This document shows positions 39,602-51,500 of a stretch of DNA of 64,000 bases, piece after piece. This DNA comes from Dimorphilus gyrociliatus (lineage: Eukaryota; Animalia; Annelida). The stretch lies in NCBI GenBank assembly GCA_904063045.1, contig CAJFCJ010000003.1, positions 3,168,595 through 3,232,594 of the forward strand. The letters run 5' to 3'. The notes under the pieces were generated by a model. It had not been told where the DNA came from. It did no database searches and was given only the letters and a program-made list of their open reading frames with translations. A program made the translations under genes and the position numbers. The stretch's first letter is position 1. Every line of letters starts with the position of its first letter.

Positions 39602-41673
39602 AATAACTATTAACAGTACAAAATCACACGTTTAAATAAAATAGTGCAACTTGATAACCGGCTCTTATCTAATCATACTATATGATAAAATTAATTGTAT
39701 TCCGATTAATATTATACTGTTATTCTCTTTATTATTTATAAAGTACTTTATAACTAAAATGCCTCATCTATAAATAAAAATTTTTTGTCTTTTCAAGGTT
39801 AATTAACACAATTATCCATTTTTTAAAACTTTGATTATTGCCCTTGACTTATTCAAACCCCTTTATAAAATTCTCGTTTACTAATAGCCTTATTATTATT
39901 CACAGACAACAAGGGTCAGAGTTATCAAACAAGTGTAAAAATTAAATAAGTTGGCGGAGAATATTTTGCAAGATTTGAAATATTTATAACATCAATAACA
40001 GAAATACTATTTCGATTATTAATTCATTTCTTAAACGTTCCTAAGGTGATGAAAAAATTAATAGCTTTAGCGCACAACTACTACATTTTCACTTAATATT
40101 TCAAAATCTGGATAGATGAACTTACTCGTTTACTGATATTATGTTCAATGTTATTTAGTGTATTAAACTTGTTGGTTCCATCTAGTAAGACGAAATTTAT
40201 ATTTAGTAAATTCAATAGGTTAATAAAAAATTCAGAGATTTTCTTCTATGAATTTAGCTGCTACGGTGGTTTCAAGCTTATACAATTAACTCTTTGTGAA
40301 TATAATAACTAGAATTATGAATGAAAGACGGCTGTACTTGTCAATAAAATACATATAAAATGTCATATTTCTAAAGTTATTGGAGTAAATTTATTAGATA
40401 AAACCTTAAAAGAAATTAACAAGTTATTTTAGTAAATAAAAACGATAAATAACGGTTTCTATCAAATTATTCTTACCTATAAGGAATATATGATTTCTAA
40501 AATGACGTTATAGAATACTATACATAAAATATTTATAATGTTTATAATACTTTATGAGCTTCCTTTGTAATTTCTATAACATTTTTTATTAAAGCTATTG
40601 AAGAGTTAAAATGTTTCTACTTCTTTAATCTAAAAAGTGAAACATGTAAATATGTTTATTTAGAATGTAACTAATTAATTGTTCATTTGAATTAATCACT
40701 AATCTTATAATAATTTTTAGATTCCTATCTCTCTCGTCATTGTGTGCACAGTTCATATTAGAAGCAGGGATATTAGAAAATTTCAGTGTTTACTTTGATC
40801 TGTCTATATTTCAGAGTATATTATTTTTGTCAAAAGGTTAGAAGGAAAAATTTATAGCACTACAAAAAGAAAAACTCATTGAGGGTACGACTGAGAGAGA
40901 GGGAGAGAGCGGAAAACAAAACAGACAGATATATTAAAGGGTAACGGCTAATTACTAGTAGAGTATATAGGTATAATACTCTTTACACTAATTTGTTTGG
41001 CAGACACCCCTCGGGGTAATTTTCAAGGTATAATAAGGCCTGATGAATAGTATAGTATGATGGATATTGGTACATACAGCATTATAGATACCATTCTGGA
41101 AAGAGAGCTATTAAGCAATCAATAAAATCTGAATCATTTGAAACTATATGCAAAGAAATAGGCAAGAGTGTATTTCGTGATAAAATATATCATTAAAGCC
41201 TTGTTACAAAAGTAACAATTCCGATAATCCATTTACTTTTCTATCATTTTCTTTATTATTAATTAAGAAATAGGAATAGCGCAAAATTAATTAGTTATGA
41301 AGATTTAAAGAATTAATCAATGTATTTTTTTATGAACTGTGAACAACACCCAAATTTTTATATTCATTACAAAAATTTGAATGCAGTTTTATAGCTATTA
41401 TTGAACAATTTATCACAAACACAGATGGTAAAAATATAATTAAAAATTATATAATTTTATGATATACATGTAAAAAATATTCTATGAAAAAGAGGTTGTA
41501 TAATTATAACAAAAGTGATTCATAAAATCAAAAAACATGCAGTTTATAAAAAACATAATAGAGATTAAATATATGTGCGTTTTAAAGAATTAAAGATCCC
41601 ATCTCTCCTTTGTAAAAGCAGAAGTAAAAAATTTGAAAAGCTTTCTTTTCTTTTACTATACAGACTATGAGAA

Positions 41674-41677
<4 letters not shown>

Positions 41678-41718
<41 letters not shown>
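41678..41718. repeat. (TA)n microsatellite
   Basis: About 20 TA units just downstream of the DEG/ENaC-1 stop codon. Confidence 0.9.
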
Positions 41719-41721
<3 letters not shown>

Positions 41722-41745
41722 TATATTCATATATATGTAAATCTT

Positions 41746-43526
41746 TCAGGTTAATTGATAATTGTTAACTGGAGTTTTTTTCTTACGATCTGAGCAAAGG
41801 GAATAACAAACTTGTAAGACAAAATCTATTATTTCAAATCCGACTATTACTGAGAATCCACACCAGAAATTTACAGCTGCCGCTAATTTTGCTAAGAAAT
41901 CTCCGATTGAGAATTGAGGCGTATCTCTTTCTATAATTGCTCCTTTTGCAATGTCTTGTTGAATGTGCAATTGAATTAAATTCTGATAAGATACTTTAGT
42001 TGATTTTGCTAAACATTCCGTTTGAGAATAATTTTGTTTAATACATAAATCATATCCTGATGTTTGTTTTATAAATTTTTCAACTGAGTTCTTATAATCA
42101 GCCATTTTTAAAATGTTAAACATCAAGCTTTTCTCCAATGGAATTGTTGACAATGTCTGTCTGTAAAATTTCTCTCTACATCTTACTTTACAAAATATTT
42201 CTGGTCCTAATATACTTTTTGGCACACCTTTGTAATCAATAGCTGCTGTCAAATTATAAAAAAAGTCATTTTTTAATATCACGTCATTCAATTCATTCAT
42301 ATTTATGTCTGGTGATAAGTACTTGCATCTTTTTAGATTCAAATTTTCTAATTTGGGCACTAGAGCTACTTCGCTTAATGTACAGTTAAAAAGATTTATA
42401 GCTATACTTTGCCATGTTTTTGTTACGCAATGAGCTATTGCAGAAGCGTCTACTTCATCGCCGTCGTAGTTATATGTAACATCCTTCTCGCTAACGCAAT
42501 CAGTATAAGGGGTGGACTTTCTTATTCTTAAAATTGGTTGAGTAATAACGAAAGCTTCGCTGCCTTTAGGTATTATTAGGCCCATGTCTTGAATTCTTGG
42601 TGATACTTCGTTCCTATCGTGAACTAAAAGTTTAATACCCTCACCTCCTAAAACTCCATTTCTGTCCTTGTAAAACTTGAAATCTTGGGGCATCTCACCC
42701 AAATACAATGTTAGTATAACTTTATCAATTATGGTATTAAAAACGTAGGGAATATAAAATTTAATATTTAAACAATTGAACATAGTTGGACTCTGAACAA
42801 TCGTAATGTTTGAATAGTCTTTACAAGGAATCGAGGATGATTCAAATCCTGCCATAGTAATTTTACAACTTAGAAGTAAAACTGACGGCTCGTGACCTAA
42901 AAAAAAATATAGATTATACTAAATATGATAATCTGCAACAAATAGTCTCAATAAGAAAAATATCAGCGTATGCTGTATATTTTATATAAAACATAAAGAT
43001 CTTCAGCTCTAGCGTAAAATTATCAAATTAGTTCATTTATCAATCCATTTTAGGACAACATACCTATTTCTTTGGCTCTATTCCTGCCTAACCAGTCAAA
43101 GTATGTAGCAATATGAGTTAAATAGGCTATTTGCTGGGCATTGAGAGTTTTATTCTGTAAGCTTCTCTCTTCAAGTCTTTTCATTAAGAGATTATAGAAA
43201 TCTTGATATGTCGGAAAGTTAGTTTGTGATGATTCTTTAAAAGGAGACAGAGAACAAAGAGTTACAGCTGGAAAATATTCATTGCTCTTCATAATCTTAT
43301 GAGATTCTTCAATGCGGGTAAAAACTCCATATTCCAAGTAGCCAGATATTAGATTATGACTATGGTAACAAGCAATGCCAATAACCAGAATTGTAACAAC
43401 AATCCACATTGACATAATACACGAATTTCTTGTTTTAACGATTCTTGGAATACTTTTCATACTTGTGACATGAAGGGCATCCAAGAATTTCTTTTTTACT
43501 TTTAAGCATTTTGATGACTCCGTCAT
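41746..43526 (-). CDS. Divergent DEG/ENaC (ASIC/pickpocket superfamily) subunit 1, 2 exons, 537 aa
   Basis: complement(join(43064..43526,41746..42896)) = 1614 nt; 167-nt GT-AG intron in KEIG^HEP. Two TM segments, FPAVTLC, FNC, EGIKLLVHD, GLIIPKG, Cys-rich thumb, TM2 FLAKLAAAVNFWCGFSVIVGFEIID. Confidence 0.9.
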
Positions 43527-43801
43527 TTCGATGAAGATAATATAATACAATAAGCGAGAAATCGTTTATGAGAAAATATCCACTAGGAAACTATAAGTAT
43601 AATCATATGCAAACGATATAAAGCGGATGAATGAATTTTTAACTCTATTAATAATATAGAGGGCGGAACAATTGCCAAAGCAATTTACTTGAACTAAATA
43701 TATGTAGTGTATTTTGGTGGGAATTAATGATAAGAAATGATGTTTCTATTAACGGTTGGCTATTTATAATTTATTTGTATAAAAAAAATATCAGTTTATA
43801 T

Positions 43802-43817
43802 CCAATAGATGGCAGTG
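43802..43817 (+). promoter_or_regulatory. CTCF-like motif CCAATAGATGGCAGTG upstream of DEG/ENaC-1
   Basis: Good match to the CTCF core, about 280 nt upstream of the ATG at 43526. Confidence 0.55.
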
Positions 43818-44098
43818 CTGTATCTAAAATAGTGTTTCTCTTTCTAAAGAGTGTAACGAGTAAATTATTACTTGTAAACAATTAATATTAATTAGGTAAT
43901 ATGGAAATGTTAAAATGATATATTGTTCATATACTAAATATTTTCTAGTTAATACCAACGTTGTCTATTAATATCAACTAATTAAGTAACTTTTTTAATA
44001 GATTAAACAATAAGAGCTATAAAATAGAATGAGACGTGTTTACTATATGTTATGAAAATAATAATTTATTCATAGGGGTATAATACATTTTGGTGTTA

Positions 44099-45966
44099 TT
44101 ATCTCTTTATAGAAACTGAATAAGACATTGAATAAACCGGTACAGAGAAATAAATTTGACAAAAGAAATCAACTATTTCTATAGCAACTATTGCTGAGAG
44201 ACCAATCCAAAAGTTAATTGCAGCAGCAAATTGAGCAAAAAAATGAGGAAAGTTATAAAATGTCTGATCTTCTTCAATCTCAACTCCTAGTTGTTTATCT
44301 TTTTCAACTATTAGTCTTATAAGGTTATCTGAAGATAGATTTAATAATCTAACTAGGCAATCGTGTTCATCTGTCGTTGAATTTAAACAGTTTTTATAGG
44401 CTGATGTAGGTTTTAAAAGTCTTCTTATATTATCCATATTTCCTGCTAACAGGTGAATACTTTCTCTAGATATTTTTTGTAAGTCTACTGTTGATATCTT
44501 CTTTTTAAAAGAAACTTCGTTACACACTTTTGAACAATTATCCGTTAAATCTTTCATTTGCACTAATGCTTCTTTACCAAGCCAACTATAAATCTCTTGA
44601 AAATTTCTTATTATTCTCTCAATTTCCTTTAAATCATGGCGAAAATAGAAAAAAAAGGTCATTGAACTTTTTTTGTAAAAATTATTATGATATATATAGA
44701 ATGAAGATTGTAAGAAATACTCTTGTAATTACTTATTTAACGCTAGATTCATGAAAGATGAAGCTTTATAGTTAATCAGAATTGTAAAATATTACAAAAA
44801 CTTGAAATGACTCTGATTAGTTTCGAAGGCTGTCAAAAGCTATTTTTACTTCAAAGTCTCTCTATGTGTATTTGTAAACTGTTTATTGTATTTAAGAATT
44901 GTCAATGTTGTAAAAGAAAAATGACCTCTAGAGTTATATTTTCGGACATCTGTTTACAAGTTGGTCTGTCGAGGTCCCTGAGTGTAGGTACAATCAAAAG
45001 ACTTTGTAGAGTACAATTTAATTTATCTATTATAAATGCTTGAAGTATTTTATGGTAGCAATGTGAGTAATAGTAAGAACCTATATTTGCACCCTGAAAA
45101 CTATACATATCTTTATCTCCGTTGCATTGAGTGAAAGGGTAGGATTTAATTATTCTTACAACAGGTATCGTTGAAATTGCTACTTGTTTCCCTTTAGGAA
45201 TGAGAATTCCCCTTTCATTTATATTTGGGTGGTCTTCGTTTTTGTCATAAAGTAATAATTGAATACCTTCCGTTAAGATAGAGTTACTCTTTCTGAAATA
45301 ATAACTAGAATCATCTGAAATTTCACCCAGATTAATGATTAGTTCAACTCTATCTATGCCTTTGTAAGAGTTAAATGTAAGACTATAGCAGTTGAAATAA
45401 TTCGGATTTGGCATTAACGATATCGTTAACACTTTATCACATGAATCGTATCTGTTTGAATCCATTTCATAGTAAATTTTACAATTTAAAAATAACGTCT
45501 CCTTTTGATATCCCATTTTTGATGCTCTCTCCTGTCCCAGCCATTCATAATAGCTTGAAACTTCGGTTAAAAGAGAAAAAAATTGTTTATTAACCTTTAT
45601 ACCCTTTCTTTCCAACTGGGAAATTCTTTCTGACATAAGTATATAAAAATCCTTGTATTTTGGGAAGCCATGGGGAGTAAATTCTCCAAATGGAGCAATG
45701 GAACATATTCCCATGGAAGGAAAGTTCTGATTCGTTTCACTTCTATCGAAAGATGTTTTCACTATAGTATAAGAGATTGGGTTTTGATATTTCTTGATCA
45801 AGAGATAAGCATGATAGACAGCTGCGATCGATAAAGCAATTGTTGATATTATCCAAATACATTTGAAAATTTTATTCTTAGTCCTTATAATCCTTGGAAG
45901 ACCTTTTAATGTTGATAGACTTAAGGAATTTTTAACTCGCTCAGGTATAGTTTTCCACCTCTTCAT
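44099..45966 (-). CDS. Divergent DEG/ENaC subunit 2, 2 exons, 522 aa
   Basis: complement(join(44926..45966,44099..44626)) = 1569 nt; 299-nt phase-0 intron in NITLE^EIERI. STLKGLPR, FPSMGIC, YFNCYSLTFN, EGIQLLLYD, GILIPKG, TM2 FFAQFAAAINFWIGLSAIVAIEIVD. Confidence 0.88.
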
Positions 45967-46443
45967 AGTATAATATTTTGAAACTAAAAAAAGCACTGAT
46001 TCAATTCACTCGATTAATATTATAGCTGCTTTTTTTCCAAACAAAAATAACTTGGCATTCCGACGAGTTTGTACTGTTTTGCAATGATTTCCATTCAATA
46101 GAAAGATAAGCTTTATGATATTTAATCATTTCAATCAGCAGATGTTTTATTTCTATTTTCTTTTTACATTATAATTTTTATAGAGTTAATTGCTGAACGT
46201 TGAATTTGCTTTAATCACTTTTACATTTTTCAACAGTTTATTAACTTTATATCACATCGTCTTAGTTGTATGAGTCTACATACACAGACACACTCAGACA
46301 TATATATATTTATTTAATATATACAGTGAAAGCCTTTTTACATGTAACCTTTCTTATGTCTTTACCTTTATTTAACTGTTTCTTTTTCTATACTCTTAGT
46401 CATGATAAAGTTTTTTTTCTGAAAATGAATATTTGTTAATAAA

Positions 46444-46458
46444 TTCCAGATGGCGTTA
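46444..46458 (+). promoter_or_regulatory. CTCF-like motif TTCCAGATGGCGTTA upstream of DEG/ENaC-2
   Basis: CAGATGGCG core about 480 nt upstream of the ATG at 45966. Confidence 0.45.
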
Positions 46459-47322
46459 ATGTGGAAACAAAAAACTTTTAGTTAAAAAGTCAAATATGGT
46501 TTGCTATTTCGGAAAAACAGAATCATGTCTGAAACGACTTACGCCAAAATTTTTCATTATTTTCTATACAAATATACCTTGAATAAACAAAAAACATTTG
46601 TTATTTATAAAAAGATATATAGGTTGTTTCTATGGAATCTTTAACAATTCACTTTCTTATTATTTCTCGGTAGCTGACTAAAATCGATCCAGATAGATCC
46701 CTGGAACTGTAAAATGGGCTAATTACACTTTTATTGATTCGTTAGCTTTTAACTGACAATTTTAAATGAATAAAGCATTGACTCAATCAATTTCAGAATC
46801 TGAGAAAAAATAGGATCCCTAAACAAGTAGCTATTGAAGAGTATAAAAGAAAAAGTGGGAGAAGGAAAAGAGGTTGAGAGAATGTGAACGAGAATCAAAA
46901 GAAGGAAAATAAGACAAAAAAGAGAAAGTTTTCAATATTATCTGTTCGTACTAAAGTATATAATTTGTTTCGAATATTTTTTAAAGAATATCTTAAAGCT
47001 AGATAAAAAAAAACCTTATTACATTAAGATGAAAGACCTTTATTGATTAATCTAATAGAAAGTTGTTTTGTACAAAAACCTCTTAGGAGGCAAAAAATTA
47101 AAAGAAAGCAATATATTGTACTGTACGTTACATACTACATACATTTCATGTACTGTATGTAGTATATGACAACTAGGCGAAGTGTGTTCTGTTTTAACCA
47201 GTTACTAAAAACAAACGAATTGAATATTAATTAAAAATTAAAGACAAACTTTTGTAATTTATTGATGTTAAACAATGCTTAAACAAATAGTGAAATAGCT
47301 TTATTTTTCCTTGTTTATACTT

Positions 47323-48594
47323 TTAATATTTCGGAAATTCTATAGATAGAATTACTTGTAGTAAAATATCAAATAATTCAATGCAAAATATAGCTGAAAC
47401 TCCAACCCAAAAATTGACTGTTGCCGCTAGTTTTGCTAAAAAATCTGCTAATTCAAATTGTGGAACATCAAATTCAATTATTCCTCCTGATTGACTATCC
47501 TGTTGAATATCTAATTGTATAAGATCTTTATAGGATGCTGTTGATACTCTTTCAAAACATTCTGTATAATTTTGAAAATTAGTTAGACATTTTTTAAAGT
47601 CATTGGAAGACTCTAAGTAGCTTTTCATTGCTTTTTTGTTATCAGCATATTCGTAGAGGTTAATTAAAAATCTTTCATCCAATGCTAATGAGGAAAATGT
47701 GTATTTGAATCGAAGTTCTTCGCAGGATTCGTGACATTTTCTTTGTGTCGATTGGTCTTTTGCAGTATTATCATTATTAATGTCATTATTGTTATTACTG
47801 CTAGGAGTTGATGTTGGGGAAGCTAGTCTATTCCATCCCAGAAGGAAACGGTTAGTATAAGCTATCGTTAATAATTCTTCTTTAGTAATATACTTAGAAA
47901 GTTGCCTGCACTTTGGTAAGTTTAAATGCTTACGGTCAGAAATGATTAAAAGAGAGCTTAAAGTACAATTAATACTCTTAACAATAAAATCCTGCCATTG
48001 TTTTAAAGTACAATACGAAAATGATTTTGAATCTACAAAATCTCCAGCGAAATTGTACATGTAATTTTTTGTTTTCTGACAATTTGTATACGGTGCTGCT
48101 TTCCTTATTCTCAAGTTTGGTCTCGTTGTTAGGATACCTTTAACACCTTTTGAAACAATTAAACCATGGCCATGAACTCTTGGATAGTTTTCTTGTCTAT
48201 CGTGTATAAAGATTTTGACTCCTTTCATCATCGAATGGAAATAGTCAAAGGTAAATAGATTAAAAAAAGACGTACATCATTCTATTCGTTATTGTTAAAT
48301 ATATAATTAAAGTAATAAGACCTATTTAAATACATGTTAGTTAACTTTTTACACTATATATCAGTATATACAGTACATATATATAGCCTTTTAGAGCCCA
48401 TTTAGTCACCTGTACACCATTATTAAAAACTGTATTCCCTTTTTTCGTAATAAACACTGGTCAAAGAGAAAACAGAATAGCCGGTAAGTCATGTATGCAT
48501 TAAATAATTAAGCCTATTAAGCGAAATAATTTTGCCTGTCTCCAGGTTCAATAGATTAACTAGGCATCAAGTCACGTTGGAAAAATTCTAGGTG

Positions 48595-48639
<45 letters not shown>

Positions 48640-49799
48640 ACTGTATATATAATACCTGTGATAGAAGTATCCAAGTGAAATAGAATTTATTAAAATTTCA
48701 TTGCAATTTAAAGAGAGATGTAAAAGATATTTCGTATTTAAAGGATTATGATCACGAAAATCATTAGATTTGTTTCCTTCAGTTAAACAGTACCTATGTA
48801 TCTGTATAAATATAGCATGAAATTTAAAGATAAGTCTTGTTCTATAAGAGAAAGAAGAAAGAAAATTTGTAAATTTTCTTCATTCTTCAACGTTGAAGAC
48901 ATGAAAAAATCTTTGTCTATAGAATAACATCTACATATCGAATATCAATAATAAATAATTTAGGGATTATTATCTCAAGGATAATTTCTCTTTCTATTAT
49001 CAAATGATACTCTTTTACAATTTTCATTCCATTTTACTATATTTTTAATAATCTATTTACCTTGACCAGTTAATTCTTTGTTTTTTTCAATATAATAGGC
49101 ATAATCTGAAGGTATATTACCTAAAAATAGGCTTAGCATAACTTTTTCGATGAACTTTCCAGAAGATCTTGGTAGAGAGAATTTCAAAGTAAAGCAATTG
49201 AATAAATCAGGATTTTGAACAAGAGTAATCTTTAGAAAATTTTTACAAGGTGCTCTTGCAGCTTTATTCCCGGATAGCATCAATTTACACTTTAATACGA
49301 ATATATCACTATCGTATCCTTTAAGCTTAGCTTTTTCCAATGTAAGCCAGTCAAAATACATGTTAATATTTTTTAATAGAGATTCCTCACCTTCCGAGAG
49401 ACTAAGATTTTCGTTCTTTAAGTCGTTCAATCTTTTTTCAACTGATTCGTGAAAAGTTCTATAAGTAGGAATACTTTCTTTAGTATTTTCAGCGAATGGT
49501 ATTAATGAACAAATTGTCACTGATGGAAAATAATCAACGGAGAATGTTAAATCGAAAGATTCTTCAGTGATTGTATATACACCGTATTGTAAGAATCCTT
49601 TAAATAACAAATAGCTATGACCACAAGCGAAGAACAAAACCAAAATTGTTGCCATTATCCATAAACTTCTTATACATTTATTTTTCGTTTTCATTATTCT
49701 TGGTATTCCTTTTACTGTTGACATACTTAATGACTCTTTTACTTGGTTTATTATCTTATCATAGTTTGTATATTTATCCATATTCTTATTATCATTCAT
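47323..49799 (-). CDS. Divergent DEG/ENaC subunit 3, 2 exons, 545 aa
   Basis: complement(join(49061..49799,47323..48221)) = 1638 nt; 839-nt phase-1 intron in LTGQG^VKIFIHD, colinear with LLGEGIKILVHD of subunit 4. STVKGIPR, FPSVTIC, TM2 FLAKLAATVNFWVGVSAIFCIELFD. Confidence 0.88.
48599..48635. repeat. (TA)n microsatellite in the DEG/ENaC-3 intron
   Basis: About 18 TA units. Confidence 0.9.
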
Positions 49800-50038
49800 C
49801 TTTTTTAAAAATGTTATTCCACTAGTTAATTATATAGTAAATTTAGATTAGATCATTATAATAAAAATTATCTCTTTCTGGTAATTATCTTTCTCCTCTT
49901 TTTATATTAAAATAACTTTAATTAATTGATGTAATTGACAACAATTAGAAAACATTCTATCTCAGCAATCAAACTCTGTCGCCGACGCTTAGCAGTATGT
50001 GTATCACTTTTAATGAAGTCGATGTTTTCTAGAGAGTG

Positions 50039-50056
50039 TAGCTGCCCCCTACAGTG
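50039..50056 (-). promoter_or_regulatory. CTCF-like motif CACTGTAGGGGGCAGCTA upstream of DEG/ENaC-3
   Basis: YAGGGGGCAG variant of the CTCF core, about 240 nt upstream of the ATG at 49799. Confidence 0.5.
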
Positions 50057-51500
50057 AATATTTCATAATCATAAAAAAAACATAGGGAACATCGCATGTT
50101 TACTTAATTCTCCCTTTATTACTTGTTTACTTGCTCGTTTTTTTAGTGTTTCTAAATAATAAAAGAACAAAAAGACAACAAAAGCCAATTGCTAGCGATT
50201 TAATGTTTTTTTTTTATGTTATATTTAAAGATGGAATATTAAAATGAAAAAGAGTCTTTTTCTTACAATTATTACTTATTAGTTTGTTTATTATTTAAAA
50301 TAAAACAAATTAACTTCCGTTAGTGTTTATATTAATCTCTTTCTACAGAACAAAGCCAATAGAAGAGTACATTTAGAGTAAGAAGCTTATATGAAATTTA
50401 ACTTCCTGTGACAAAGTGATCGCGTCATATTTGCACATTTCTGTTGACTCATTACCATTTACATGGACGGTTAGTTGATTTGGTGAGATTTATAATGTAT
50501 AAACCATTTTTAAGATTAAATAATTAATTACGTTTCCTTGAAAAGATATGATGTCTATAATATATGAAATATCACTCAGTTCTATTATACTTGTCTATAT
50601 TTATATATATGTATACCGGAACATGATTCATTTCCTACTTATTGTTATTTTATAACTCATGAGTTTCATTAATGATCAACACAGATAAATGTAAAGAATT
50701 AACAAAAAAACTCAAATATTTCGAAATGATCCATTGATGAAATCAAACATATGAGAAATTACAACTAGATTATAAAATTGAATAAAAGCTATTAAAACTG
50801 AAATATACTGTTTTTACAAAAAGTAGTTCAATGAAAGTATGAAAAAGTATTAAAGTTTGAACAGATTACAAAATAGAATACAAAGATATTTTGAAAAGAA
50901 GAGGAATCTATGAATTTATATTATTAATACTGTATAATCAAATGAAAAGCTATAGCCTATAATATTAAAGTTATGAAAATGTCTTAATTAATGGATTAAT
51001 ACTGAAAGAGAGAAACAACTCATTCCATTAACGATTCTTACACAATTATATCAATTGTAACTGTCCTTAGCCTGATTATCTCATTGGTTTCGACTAGTAA
51101 ATTGTCATTACGTAAAATAAAAATATAGCTAAAAACAGCAAAAAAAAATTGTAACAATAGCAAAAACATAACAATATAACACGCTTAATTCGACAAAATA
51201 TATCTATTGTTACAATAAAGTATTGATTGATTTCTTTATCTTAAATTAATTCGCTGCTCTCTATTTTTCTTTTTCTAATAAACATTTAATAAACAAAAAC
51301 GATAGTTTTCTCAACTTTATTTCATTTCTTCCTTTTTTTTCGTATAGATTATATAATAAAGACGATAAAGAAAACAACAAAACTTAATTTTTTTTGCATA
51401 TGAAATGTTCTTTTTACATATACAGTATATAGATATACATTCATATGACAAGGTTAGCGAAATTATAACAGTTTTGACAAATCTCTTCCTTGATTGTTTC

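Noticed and set aside
48222-48322. Alternative, more typical acceptor TTTAAATAG (about 48322) for DEG/ENaC-3 exon 2
   Set aside because: It cannot reach the exon-2 frame without a stop or frameshift; only the AAG at 48222 restores colinearity with the paralogues.
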